This document shows, piece by piece, positions 27,065 through 35,403 of a DNA stretch of 64,000 nt. Where the stretch lies: the NCBI GenBank assembly GCA_900317935.1, contig ONIU01000004.1, positions 2,139 through 66,138 on the forward strand, in the 5' to 3' direction. Numbering within the stretch: position 1 is the first letter of the stretch; every line of letters starts with the position of its first letter. The notes below the pieces were generated by a model. That model ran no database searches and was not told where the DNA came from. It saw only the letters and a program-made list of their open reading frames with translations. The position numbers and the translations under genes are program-made. Source of the stretch: an uncultured bacterium (GTDB lineage: Bacteria > Muiribacteriota > Ozemobacteria > Ozemobacterales > Ozemobacteraceae).

Positions 27065-27886
27065 ATGAAAAAATGTAAGTTAAAATATATTCTTTTAATA
27101 CCTGCTGCCTTAGCAGCATACGCCATTTGGAAATTATGCAGATACTGGCTTAAACCTACTGGCGGAAACGAAGGCTGGATAGCTGAAACTCAACCTTCAG
27201 AACCCTGGCAATATTGGACCGACTGGTTTTGGATAATATTCTTTAAGCTTTATAACGGTTTAGAGATACATAATGCTCATTATATCCCTCAGGATAAAAA
27301 TGTTAACTTTGTTACAGTAGCCAATCATGAATCAATATTAGATGGCTTCATTATGGGTTTAAGTGTTTTTCGCCCACTATACATGATGGTGAAAAAAGAA
27401 GCTTTTGAAATTCCTATTAAAGGTTATTATTTAAGAAAAGTATTATGCTACCCGGTAGATAGGTCTAAGACAGATTCAACTGCAATAAAGACAGCTTTAA
27501 AATATCTGTCAGAAGGAAAATGTCTCGGCATATTCCCTGAAGGAACAAGAAATCGCCAGGGTTTTGTAAGCGAATTCAAACCTGGTGCTATAAAATTGGC
27601 TATTAAGAAAAAAGTTCCTATACTGCCAGCTTATATTGCTAATTCTCATAATATTACCCCATTAAACTGCATATTACCAAGACCAGCAAAATTAAAAGTT
27701 ATATTTCTTGAACCAATTGATACAAAAGCTGAACTTGAAGCTGGAAAAAACGAAAAAGACATTATTGAGATGCTTTATAAGCGCATTACAGATGTTGGCA
27801 GAGAAACAATGGGCTATGACGTGAGAGACCCTGAATATGTAGCAAGATTAGAGCGTAGAGAATTAGGAATTAGTAGTGAGGAGTGA
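27065..27886 (+). CDS. plsC: 1-acyl-sn-glycerol-3-phosphate acyltransferase
   Basis: HX4D motif NHESILDG, and FPEGTR. Confidence 0.88.
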   Translation: MKKCKLKYILLIPAALAAYAIWKLCRYWLKPTGGNEGWIAETQPSEPWQYWTDWFWIIFFKLYNGLEIHNAHYIPQDKNVNFVTVANHESILDGFIMGLSVFRPLYMMVKKEAFEIPIKGYYLRKVLCYPVDRSKTDSTAIKTALKYLSEGKCLGIFPEGTRNRQGFVSEFKPGAIKLAIKKKVPILPAYIANSHNITPLNCILPRPAKLKVIFLEPIDTKAELEAGKNEKDIIEMLYKRITDVGRETMGYDVRDPEYVARLERRELGISSEE

Positions 27887-28388
27887 GGAAAGAGAAATTT
27901 GGCAAGCTTCACTTGGCGTGATAAGTGGTGAGTGGTTAGAGCAACAGAGCGAGAGGGGTTAAGGAATTAAGGGATTAAGGAATTTAGGGATTGAGAGATT
28001 GAAAACTCTTCCAACTCTTCTCTAACTTAACATACAGGGCAAACGCATTAAAAAATTGTATTATTAGTAAACTATCATTGAATTTGGTTATTTATCCCCT
28101 TTTTCAAAGGGGAACGGCTGCTTTAACAGCCAAGGGGATTTTCGAGAGCTTGAATAAGCAATACAAAGTTAAGTCCGAAGACTGTTATGTTATTAAAATC
28201 CCCCTTAATCCCCCTTTAACAAAGGGGGTAAATATAACATCTGACTGAGGGGGTCTTTATTTATCCCCTTTTTGCAGGGGATCTTATTCTATCAAACAAG
28301 AACTAATAAAAAGTATTTGAAATGTTGTTAGATAATATATTAAAAATAAAATATTTGATTTATAATAAATAATGAAAGTGAGGATATT
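27887..28388. repeat. G+C-rich intergenic hairpin/word mosaic B
   Basis: GT-rich module at 27901-27945. Octamer array 27959-28006 (TTAAGGAA TTAAGGGA TTAAGGAA TTTAGGGA TTGAGAGA TTGAAAAC). CTCTTCCAACTCTTC module. Hairpins at 28096-28112, 28116-28131, 28210-28228 and 28263-28282. Confidence 0.9.
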
Positions 28389-28619
28389 ATGTCTACTTTG
28401 CGTCAAGATGCAGTAAACCTTATTAATAAAATTCCTGAAAAAAAGCTTTTTTATTTAATACAGATTATTAAAGGTATAGATGGTTTGTTTAATAATGATG
28501 AATTAGATTCTGAAGGAATAGAGAAATCTTTTGCTTATATTGAAAGTATGAGAAGAGAAATGCCTGAAATTAACTACGATAAAGAATTAGAAGATTATAG
28601 AGAAAATAGATATTTATAA
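28389..28619 (+). CDS. putative antitoxin of a VapBC-like pair
   Basis: 76-aa acidic protein, GTGAGGA RBS. Its stop overlaps the start of a PIN-domain ORF (TAATG). Confidence 0.5.
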   Translation: MSTLRQDAVNLINKIPEKKLFYLIQIIKGIDGLFNNDELDSEGIEKSFAYIESMRREMPEINYDKELEDYRENRYL

Positions 28620-28825
28620 TGAAAGTACTGATAGATACAAATATATTACTAGATTATTTATTAAAGCGTGAACCTTATAGACTTGATTCAGAAATCATAG
28701 TTAAAGCCTGTAAAGATAATAAAATCTGTGGCTATATGGCTGCTCATAGTGTAATTAATATTTTTTATATATTAAGAAAAGTTTATAATACAAAAGAAAG
28801 AAAATCTATTTTAAAAGCTTTTTGA
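28619..28825 (+). pseudogene. truncated PIN-domain (VapC-like) toxin gene
   Basis: MKVLIDTNILLDYLLKREPY... is a PIN N-terminus, but the ORF stops at 68 aa (about half the normal length) exactly where hairpin mosaic C begins. Confidence 0.6.
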
Positions 28826-29389
28826 GGGCAGATCGTTTTCTCTGAAGATGCGCCCCCTGTTTAGCTGGGGCTGCCGCCACGGATGGCGGCGTGCAAGCGA
28901 GCCACAGGATGGCCAGCAAGTCGTAGGGGGACTTCTAAAGCCTCTCCTTGAGGAGAGGTGGCACGTAGTGCCGGAGTGGTGAATGAATTAGAGTAAATTA
29001 TAGTTCCTTGGAATACTAATACGCTATCGCTAAATATGATTTTACTCTGGTTCGGTCACCCTTTCGATTGCTTACGCAATCACTTCCCCTCAAGGGGAAG
29101 CTTTAGACCTCCACCACCCACCATTCACCACTAATCACTCTGCAATGCAAAGCATTGCAGAAGAGGGGGTCTTTAAAGTAGTGTTCGCTGCGCTGTAGGA
29201 CACTTCGTTTTTGAACACTTCTAACTCTTCCAACTCTTCTAACCCTTACAACAACTATCACGGGCAGCGTTAGCTGCCGTCTCACAAGTTGCGTCAGCAA
29301 CAGGCCCACAGAGGCTTTAGCCTCGTCTCACCACCATTCATCCACCACTTACCACCAACCACCTACCACGCCAAGCTTCGCTTGGCTTC
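28826..29389. repeat. G+C-rich intergenic hairpin mosaic C
   Basis: At least ten short hairpins: 28873-28890, 28941-28958, 28960-28972, 29066-29081, 29083-29100, 29140-29160, 29263-29278, 29288-29301, 29311-29324, 29370-29386. Also a C-rich tract at 29327-29369. Confidence 0.9.
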
Positions 29390-29827
29390 TTAAAACACAT
29401 TCTTTCTTAAATCTGAAAGCTCAGTACTAATATCGAAATCTTCTTCGTAAAAATCTTTCTGTTGAAGCAGGTTAATTCTTTTCTGTATCCACTTTCTAAG
29501 TCTTGGATACTTTTCTATTTCATATTCCTTTTTTAATATAGAAAGAGCGAGATTATAGTATTTATGCTTTCTGGCTAAGCAGTATAATACTAAGTCATAC
29601 CAGTCTTCAGTTAATAAATCTTGCGAGTTTAAGCTGATTAATGCAAATTCTATCTGTTTACCAGCCTGTTCCTCAAAACTCTTTTCATCTTTAATATCTG
29701 TAAGAAAAATTCCCTGCGTTAAGCGGTTATTGGCTAAAAAGGCAGCTTTCTCAATAGTAGAAAGCTCATCTGCAAAAATACTTATTGTTGATAAAAAGAA
29801 TATTAACAGTAGATATGATTTTTTCAT
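29390..29827 (-). CDS. hypothetical exported helical protein
   Basis: Start moved to ATG 29827 (MKKSYLLLIFFLSTISIFA, signal peptide). Divergent from the filament operon. Confidence 0.6.
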   Translation of the reverse strand: MKKSYLLLIFFLSTISIFADELSTIEKAAFLANNRLTQGIFLTDIKDEKSFEEQAGKQIEFALISLNSQDLLTEDWYDLVLYCLARKHKYYNLALSILKKEYEIEKYPRLRKWIQKRINLLQQKDFYEEDFDISTELSDLRKNVF

Positions 29828-29881
29828 GACATGAATATTATCATTGATTAAAGAAAAATGAAATGTTAAATTGATTCTAGT

Positions 29882-31159
29882 ATGGAGCAAATAAATCAAA
29901 ACATTTCTAAATCGGAAATAAAGGCAGATAATTTTGGTATTTTGCCTTGGACTTATGAACCAGGCTTCTTTTCGCGACTATTTGGGCAGAAACCTTATGT
30001 TGTTGACGCTGAAAATATTGTTTTTTATTCTGAAAAAAAAGAAGTTAATCTTCCTTATTCAGAAATAGAAGCTATAGAATGCTCTGATAACGTTATTCAC
30101 ATTAAAGCTGTAGAGAATAAAGATTATTCTTTTAAGGCTGGCAAAGAAGCGGCTGATGTCAGTAATCTGATTCTGCGCTTAGCTCGTGAATATAACGAGT
30201 ATAAAAGCCTGATGAATATAGATAAGATTGTTACTCAGCTTGGTTTTGCATATTTTTTAAAATCCTTCAGTTATAGGGGTAATCCTTTTGTAAGAGCCGT
30301 TGAAATTCTTTTAAAGACTGCCGTAGATAATAACTTTTCTGATATACATTTTGAACCTGCAGAAAATAGTATAAAAGTATCTTACCGTATTTCAGGTAAA
30401 TTAAGATATGGCCTAGAACTTTCTAAAGTTAATTATGAACATTTTATTGCCAGAGTTAAGTATTTAGCTGGCTGTGACAATCAACTCAACAATAAACCTC
30501 AAGAAGGAGCTTTCAGATTCGTTAATACAGATATAAGATTTTCAACATTCCCAACTGATTTAGGAGAAAGAGCTTCTTTTAGAATGATTGGTGCAATTAA
30601 ATTTCCAAATGTCAGCTCTTTAGGCTGGCCTGATGAAGCCAAAGAACAGTGGCTGAACATGATAAAAGAAGAGACTGGGCTTTTCATAATAACTGGCTCT
30701 GTTGGTTCTGGAAAAACTACAGCAATGTATGCAACTCTTTCTGAACTAGTTTCTTCAGCAGATGGGCAGCTCAGAGTTGTTAGTATAGAAGACCCTGTTG
30801 AGGCTTATATTTCTGGAATTTGTCAATCTTCCTTTGATTCAAAGATTGAAGACAGTTTGGCTTCTGCCTTCAAGCACCTTTTGAGGCAGGATCCTGATGT
30901 TATAGCCTTAGGAGAAATCAGAGATGTTTCATCTATTGTTGAAGTACTTCAGGCAGGTTTGTCGGGGCACCTTGTATTCGCTACCTTTCATGCTGGCTCG
31001 CCAGATGAGGCAATAGACAGAATAAAAATGATGGCTTCATCTAATAAGCTGATTCTTGCAGGCTTGAAGGGCATTCTTCATTTAAAGCTTACTTATAATG
31101 AATCAGAAGTAATTCAGACTCCCATTGTGAAAAGGATTAATTTAAAGGATATAAAATGA
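29882..31159 (+). CDS. GspE/PilB-family secretion ATPase, short form with atypical N-terminal region
   Basis: Walker A GSVGSGKTT, Asp box LRQDPDVIALGEIRD, His box GHLVFATFHA. 425 aa. Confidence 0.85.
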   Translation: MEQINQNISKSEIKADNFGILPWTYEPGFFSRLFGQKPYVVDAENIVFYSEKKEVNLPYSEIEAIECSDNVIHIKAVENKDYSFKAGKEAADVSNLILRLAREYNEYKSLMNIDKIVTQLGFAYFLKSFSYRGNPFVRAVEILLKTAVDNNFSDIHFEPAENSIKVSYRISGKLRYGLELSKVNYEHFIARVKYLAGCDNQLNNKPQEGAFRFVNTDIRFSTFPTDLGERASFRMIGAIKFPNVSSLGWPDEAKEQWLNMIKEETGLFIITGSVGSGKTTAMYATLSELVSSADGQLRVVSIEDPVEAYISGICQSSFDSKIEDSLASAFKHLLRQDPDVIALGEIRDVSSIVEVLQAGLSGHLVFATFHAGSPDEAIDRIKMMASSNKLILAGLKGILHLKLTYNESEVIQTPIVKRINLKDIK

Positions 31160-32145
31160 GTGAAAGAGTAGTAGATAGATATTACTGGGCAGATAGATTC
31201 AGCAGAGTTTCTACCAATTTAGCTTATTTTATAGGGAATAAGTTGTGTAATGGTTGTTCGCTTCCTGATGCTCTGAAAGAAGCTTCTGAAGAGATTGACA
31301 ATATAAAGCAGAAATCGGCGCTTTCAAATGCAGCGTATAATATAAAAAAAGGCGAAGATTTAAGAATAGCTTTTAACGATTTCAGGCTGAAACTTAGACA
31401 AAAAGATAGATTTATTCTTTCTTCTTCCCTTTCTGATAGGCAAAAGGGGATTATTTTAAGAAACTGGTCAGAATCAAAATACCATGGTTCAAATATACTT
31501 AGCTACCTGATGATTATAATAACTACCTTGATAATATGTCATGTAATACTTTCAGCTTCTGTATTTGTTTTTCCTCAATTTTATGAAATATCATTAGGAA
31601 TGGGAGTTCCGATCAATAACTTTTTAAAAACTATTTACGCCAATGGTTCTGCATTATTACCATTGTTTTTGTTTGGTTTCTTTGGTTCAATCGTCTTTCT
31701 ATTAATATTGAATTTTAGCATTGGTAATATTAATAAAAAACAGGAAGAAGCAGATTTGCTGGCACTTCTTTCATCAGTAAAAAGAAGTGAGCAATTAGCA
31801 ATTCTTGATTTAATTGCTGATGCCAGATGTTTTCCAAGAATTTGGAGAATACTTAGAAGAGCTGTTGAAAACTTGAAAAGCGGCGAAAAGCCGGAAGATT
31901 GCTTTAATAATATTGGTCTAAGTTCATACACAGAATGGTTTTTGAATTTGAGTAATTATGAAAATGACAGAGTTGTATTAAAAGAAGGGGCAATGATTAT
32001 AAATGAAAAGATTATGCTTTCTTCTCTGTCTAAGATAAAATTTCTTGAAGTAATTGTAGTAATAATGCAAAGCATCTTTTTTGCTTTTATTGCTTATACT
32101 TTATTTGGTTCTTTAAATGCAATTATTTTGGGGTGTTTTGAATAA
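31156..32145 (+). CDS. divergent GspF/PilC-like platform protein 1
   Basis: Cytoplasmic domain, TM, P-Q-F-Y-E-I-S-L-G-M-G-V-P segment (compare GspF PxFxxMF...LP), second cytoplasmic domain, C-terminal TM. ATGA overlap with the ATPase gene. Confidence 0.6.
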   Translation: MSERVVDRYYWADRFSRVSTNLAYFIGNKLCNGCSLPDALKEASEEIDNIKQKSALSNAAYNIKKGEDLRIAFNDFRLKLRQKDRFILSSSLSDRQKGIILRNWSESKYHGSNILSYLMIIITTLIICHVILSASVFVFPQFYEISLGMGVPINNFLKTIYANGSALLPLFLFGFFGSIVFLLILNFSIGNINKKQEEADLLALLSSVKRSEQLAILDLIADARCFPRIWRILRRAVENLKSGEKPEDCFNNIGLSSYTEWFLNLSNYENDRVVLKEGAMIINEKIMLSSLSKIKFLEVIVVIMQSIFFAFIAYTLFGSLNAIILGCFE

Positions 32146-33206
32146 TGGCAGATACTATTCTTAATAGTGAAATTCAAAAACCAGTTATTGCTGAAAAGAT
32201 GACAAATCAGGAAGAACTGATTGCTTTTTGCAGATTGATTGTTGCTGCTTCAAAAAGTGGAATGAAATTAATTCCTGCTTTAGATAAACTTACAAATAAT
32301 AATGATAATAAGCAATCTATTATTTGGGTAAGAGATCTTGTTGATAAACTTAAAAAAGGTTATTCTGTCCAGGAGGCAAAAGATTCTCTTAAAGGGCTAG
32401 ACCCGGTGTTAGGCAGACTGATGCCTCTCTTAGGCAATGAAAAACTTATAAGAGTATTTGAAATATATACTAAGTATCTGATAAAACAGGAAACCTGTAG
32501 CAAACAGATTAGATGCCTTGTTTGGTATCCTTTACTGGTTATGCTGTTTGCTTTTGGTTTTGTCATTTATTTGAACTTTCATTCATTCCCTTTGATGGAA
32601 TCAATGAGCAGCTTAGAAACTACCCTAGACGGATTAAGTATAAGATTATTATATTTTGCAAATGTATCATTATGGCCTTTTTCTCTTGTAATACCAGGCT
32701 TAATGCTTTATCTGATTGCAGACTGTGCAATGTATATGATTTTTGGAAGATTTATAAAAACTTCTCTTTGGGCTAAGATTTCCGGGCTTGATAAAGCTGA
32801 TGAAATGAATGAAAAAGCTAGATTGGCTGCTCTTTTATCAATATATGTAGAAGCGGGTTATTCATTAAATGAAGCTATAGAAGCCTCAATCAGCTTTGTT
32901 GGAGAAGAACAAAGCCAGGAATTATTAAAAGTTAATAGGTCTTTTATAGCTGGAAATAATCTTTCCGAAGTTTTGATTAATTCAGCTGTCTTATCTGATT
33001 TCCTTAATGGAAAAGAAAGTGTCGATGAACTTCCTGCTAAACTAAATTATGCTTATGATAATTTTAATTATGAAACAATCAATTTAATTAAATCTATTTC
33101 TGATAAGCTATTTTATATTCCTCTAATAATTGCCGGTATAATGGTTATGTTGGTTGTTACAGGCTTTTTCGGCAGTTATAGTAATTTTGCCTGGAGTATA
33201 TTATGA
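32145..33206 (+). CDS. divergent GspF/PilC-like platform protein 2
   Basis: Two helical cytoplasmic domains (SGMKLIPALDKL..., VEAGYSLNEAIEAS...) separated by TMs and ending in a TM. TAATG overlap. Confidence 0.65.
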   Translation: MADTILNSEIQKPVIAEKMTNQEELIAFCRLIVAASKSGMKLIPALDKLTNNNDNKQSIIWVRDLVDKLKKGYSVQEAKDSLKGLDPVLGRLMPLLGNEKLIRVFEIYTKYLIKQETCSKQIRCLVWYPLLVMLFAFGFVIYLNFHSFPLMESMSSLETTLDGLSIRLLYFANVSLWPFSLVIPGLMLYLIADCAMYMIFGRFIKTSLWAKISGLDKADEMNEKARLAALLSIYVEAGYSLNEAIEASISFVGEEQSQELLKVNRSFIAGNNLSEVLINSAVLSDFLNGKESVDELPAKLNYAYDNFNYETINLIKSISDKLFYIPLIIAGIMVMLVVTGFFGSYSNFAWSIL

Positions 33207-33589
33207 AGAATAACAAAAAAGCTATCTTGCTAATAGAATTAAGCATATTAATAATCTGTTCTATGATATTTTTTATAGCTGTTTCAGATTTGCTTAGCAA
33301 TCGTAATTATGCGGTCACAAGATTGATTGAAAATAACAGTGTATTAATGGTTTTGGATAGCATAACAGATAAAATTAAATTCGATTTAAAATCAGGCATT
33401 AAACCTTATGAAATAAATTTTTCTAAATATGAAGATATGCTTAAAAGTGAATCATGTAAGTTAAAGTTTAGACTTGATAAAGATAAAATAGATATTTTGC
33501 TAGGGATATATTATAAAGAGCAAAACGGCTACATTTCTATTCCAAGAATAAAAAGAATTTATAAAAAAGAGGTGCCTTTTTATGAATAA
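33203..33589 (+). CDS. pilin-like small protein (non-canonical class III signal)
   Basis: MKNNKKAILLIELSILIICSMIFFIAV. ATGA overlap with the upstream gene. Confidence 0.5.
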   Translation: MKNNKKAILLIELSILIICSMIFFIAVSDLLSNRNYAVTRLIENNSVLMVLDSITDKIKFDLKSGIKPYEINFSKYEDMLKSESCKLKFRLDKDKIDILLGIYYKEQNGYISIPRIKRIYKKEVPFYE

Positions 33590-34097
33590 TAGAGGAGTAA
33601 CCTTAATTGAGTTAATGATTGTTATTGCTATTCTTGGTATTGCGTTTAACATCAAAGGTTTTATGAATATTGCAAACAACTATAAAGAACAAGAAAGAAG
33701 TATAGTTGAACAGGATAAAATACTGAGATTTCATAAAAATCTGAAAAAATTATTGAAAGAAAGTAAAGAATTCATAAAAATAACCAATAAAAAGCTTGAA
33801 ACAGATAAACTTAAGCTTATGATTTCCAATAATAATGAAAAAATATATCTAAATGGAAAAGTTTATAACTTTAAAAGTTTTAGAATGCAAAATTTTAGAA
33901 AATCAGATAATTGTGTAATCTGTGATGTTATAAATGGAAATCAGTCTTTCTATCTTTATTTGCTTCCTGGCAAAGCAGAGGTTTCTAATACTGCTTTGCA
34001 GCAAGACAATTCAGTAGAAAATAATGAAGAAAATGAAAGTGTTGATGAAAATTATGTATATGAAGTTGAGGTTGAGGCTGAGGCTGAGAATGAATAG
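33582..34097 (+). CDS. type IV pilin/pseudopilin-like protein
   Basis: MNNRG|VTLIELMIVIAILGIAF is a canonical prepilin N-terminus with Glu+5. Acidic C-terminal tail. Confidence 0.8.
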   Translation: MNNRGVTLIELMIVIAILGIAFNIKGFMNIANNYKEQERSIVEQDKILRFHKNLKKLLKESKEFIKITNKKLETDKLKLMISNNNEKIYLNGKVYNFKSFRMQNFRKSDNCVICDVINGNQSFYLYLLPGKAEVSNTALQQDNSVENNEENESVDENYVYEVEVEAEAENE

Positions 34098-34302
34098 TAT
34101 AAACTGTTTTAAACGAAATAATAACAAGAATGGCTATACGGTAATGTTTATAATGATAGTTCTGGTTCTTGTCGTATTTTGGAGTTTAATCGAAGGTTCA
34201 GAATTAATAGTTCATGTTGCTAATGAACAAAAGTCTGAAATGAAGAAAAGCGGAATTGTAGTTGATATGAAAGAATTACCTGAATTCGAATTGAAAAATT
34301 AA
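34090..34302 (+). CDS. minor pilin-like small protein
   Basis: ATG 34090 (MNSINCFKRNNNKNG|YTVMFIMIVLVLVVF) is preferred. The ORF-track start 34024 only reads the out-of-frame acidic tail of the previous gene. Confidence 0.5.
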   Translation: MNSINCFKRNNNKNGYTVMFIMIVLVLVVFWSLIEGSELIVHVANEQKSEMKKSGIVVDMKELPEFELKN

Positions 34303-35006
34303 GGAACAAAGGTTAACTCGAAAGATAATGTGTTGGTTTTATAGCCATTAATTTTCATATAAAGCATCATCTGATGTACACCAAGAGGTGCGCTTGCAAT
34401 ATCACCTGTAGTAAAAGGTATTTGAGCGAAAAACTGTCCAGCAGTTTCATTAGTATTTATTCTAACAGGTATCAATATTGGTTCTGAATACTTTCTATAA
34501 AAATCTGCAGTTGCTATTGGGTCATTAACTGTTTCAGAAGCTGTTGTTGTTGTATTGCTAATGGTTCTTGAAGTTGATGCATAATTGAACTTGGCTAATC
34601 TCATAGATCCAAAATCAAATGGAATTGGATCATTTGTCATTATTGCCATTGATTCATCACTTACAACTGCTCTTGTAGATGAACTTACTATCATTTCTGA
34701 AGCGGATCCAATAACTCCGATAGGTTCTGTTATAGGAAGATCAATCGTTTTTACGAAGCTTAAATAGGCATTAGCAGAACTAACTACTTGCGGCGAAGTC
34801 CAATCACAGGTAAAAGAAAGAATTCCGCCTGTACACTTTGCTATATTAGTAGACTTTGTTTGTAAATTCTGTATAGATGGCGTTAGATAGGATACCGGGT
34901 CATCTACTTCACCAGATTTACCACAGCCCGTAGTAATAACTATATAGGCTGTAATAAACATAATAAATAGCAGCTTGGCATAAATTGACTGTTTAGACTT
35001 TTTCAT
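34299..35006 (-). CDS. putative lipoprotein
   Basis: MKKSKQSIYAKLLFIMFITAYIVITTGC with a lipobox-like TTGC. Convergent with and abutting the filament operon. Confidence 0.65.
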   Translation of the reverse strand: MKKSKQSIYAKLLFIMFITAYIVITTGCGKSGEVDDPVSYLTPSIQNLQTKSTNIAKCTGGILSFTCDWTSPQVVSSANAYLSFVKTIDLPITEPIGVIGSASEMIVSSSTRAVVSDESMAIMTNDPIPFDFGSMRLAKFNYASTSRTISNTTTTASETVNDPIATADFYRKYSEPILIPVRINTNETAGQFFAQIPFTTGDIASAPLGVHQMMLYMKINGYKTNTLSFELTFVP

Positions 35007-35049
35007 AGTCTAAATATCGGAGTATTTTCTGAAGAATTTAGCTAAAATA

Positions 35050-35090
35050 GAAAAGCACCTGTCATGCAGGTGCTTTTAAAAGTTTTTTTG
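35050..35090. terminator. intrinsic terminator/attenuator hairpin
   Basis: AGCACCTG (35054-35061) / CAGGTGCT (35067-35074), with T-runs on both strands. Confidence 0.7.
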
Positions 35091-35092
35091 GA

Positions 35093-35161
35093 TTATGGTA
35101 TAATCTGCTTTGCTTGTTCAGCTTGAGCAAGAATATTCATCCATTCGTGTTCACAATCCAT
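35093..35161 (-). CDS. 22-aa small ORF (MDCEHEWMNILAQAEQAKQIIP), candidate leader peptide or micro-protein
   Basis: Below the ORF-track cutoff. AAGGAG RBS 7 nt upstream of the ATG. Own promoter candidate (35207-35235) and a terminator 19 nt after the stop. Confidence 0.35.
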   Translation of the reverse strand: MDCEHEWMNILAQAEQAKQIIP

Positions 35162-35206
35162 AATGATTCTCCTTTGCTTAAGCTTAATTATTTTCTTATG
35201 CTTGTG

Positions 35207-35235
35207 ATATTAATAACAAAGTCGGATAAAGTCAA
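35207..35235 (-). promoter_or_regulatory. candidate sigma-70 promoter (minus strand)
   Basis: Minus strand reads TTGACT (comp. 35235-35230), 17 nt spacer, TAATAT (comp. 35212-35207). Confidence 0.45.
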
Positions 35236-35403
35236 TCAAATTTTTATATTTTTTTAAGTGTTTTTTTAAGAACCAAAATTTCACTAAACTTGATATTTTT
35301 CAGTAAAACTATTAACATGTACATTCAAATAGTCTATTAAATATAGATTATAAAAAAGAAAAACAAAAGTTTAAAAAACAATAATAAAAACGGAAAACAT
35401 AAA

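Noticed and set aside
27887-29389. Calling the plsC to 29390 interval a genomic island or prophage remnant.
   Set aside because: It has no integrase, transposase, tRNA target or phage genes, only a decayed toxin-antitoxin pair. The inverted ends have an alternative explanation as gene-3'-end modules, so it is reported only as a hypothesis.
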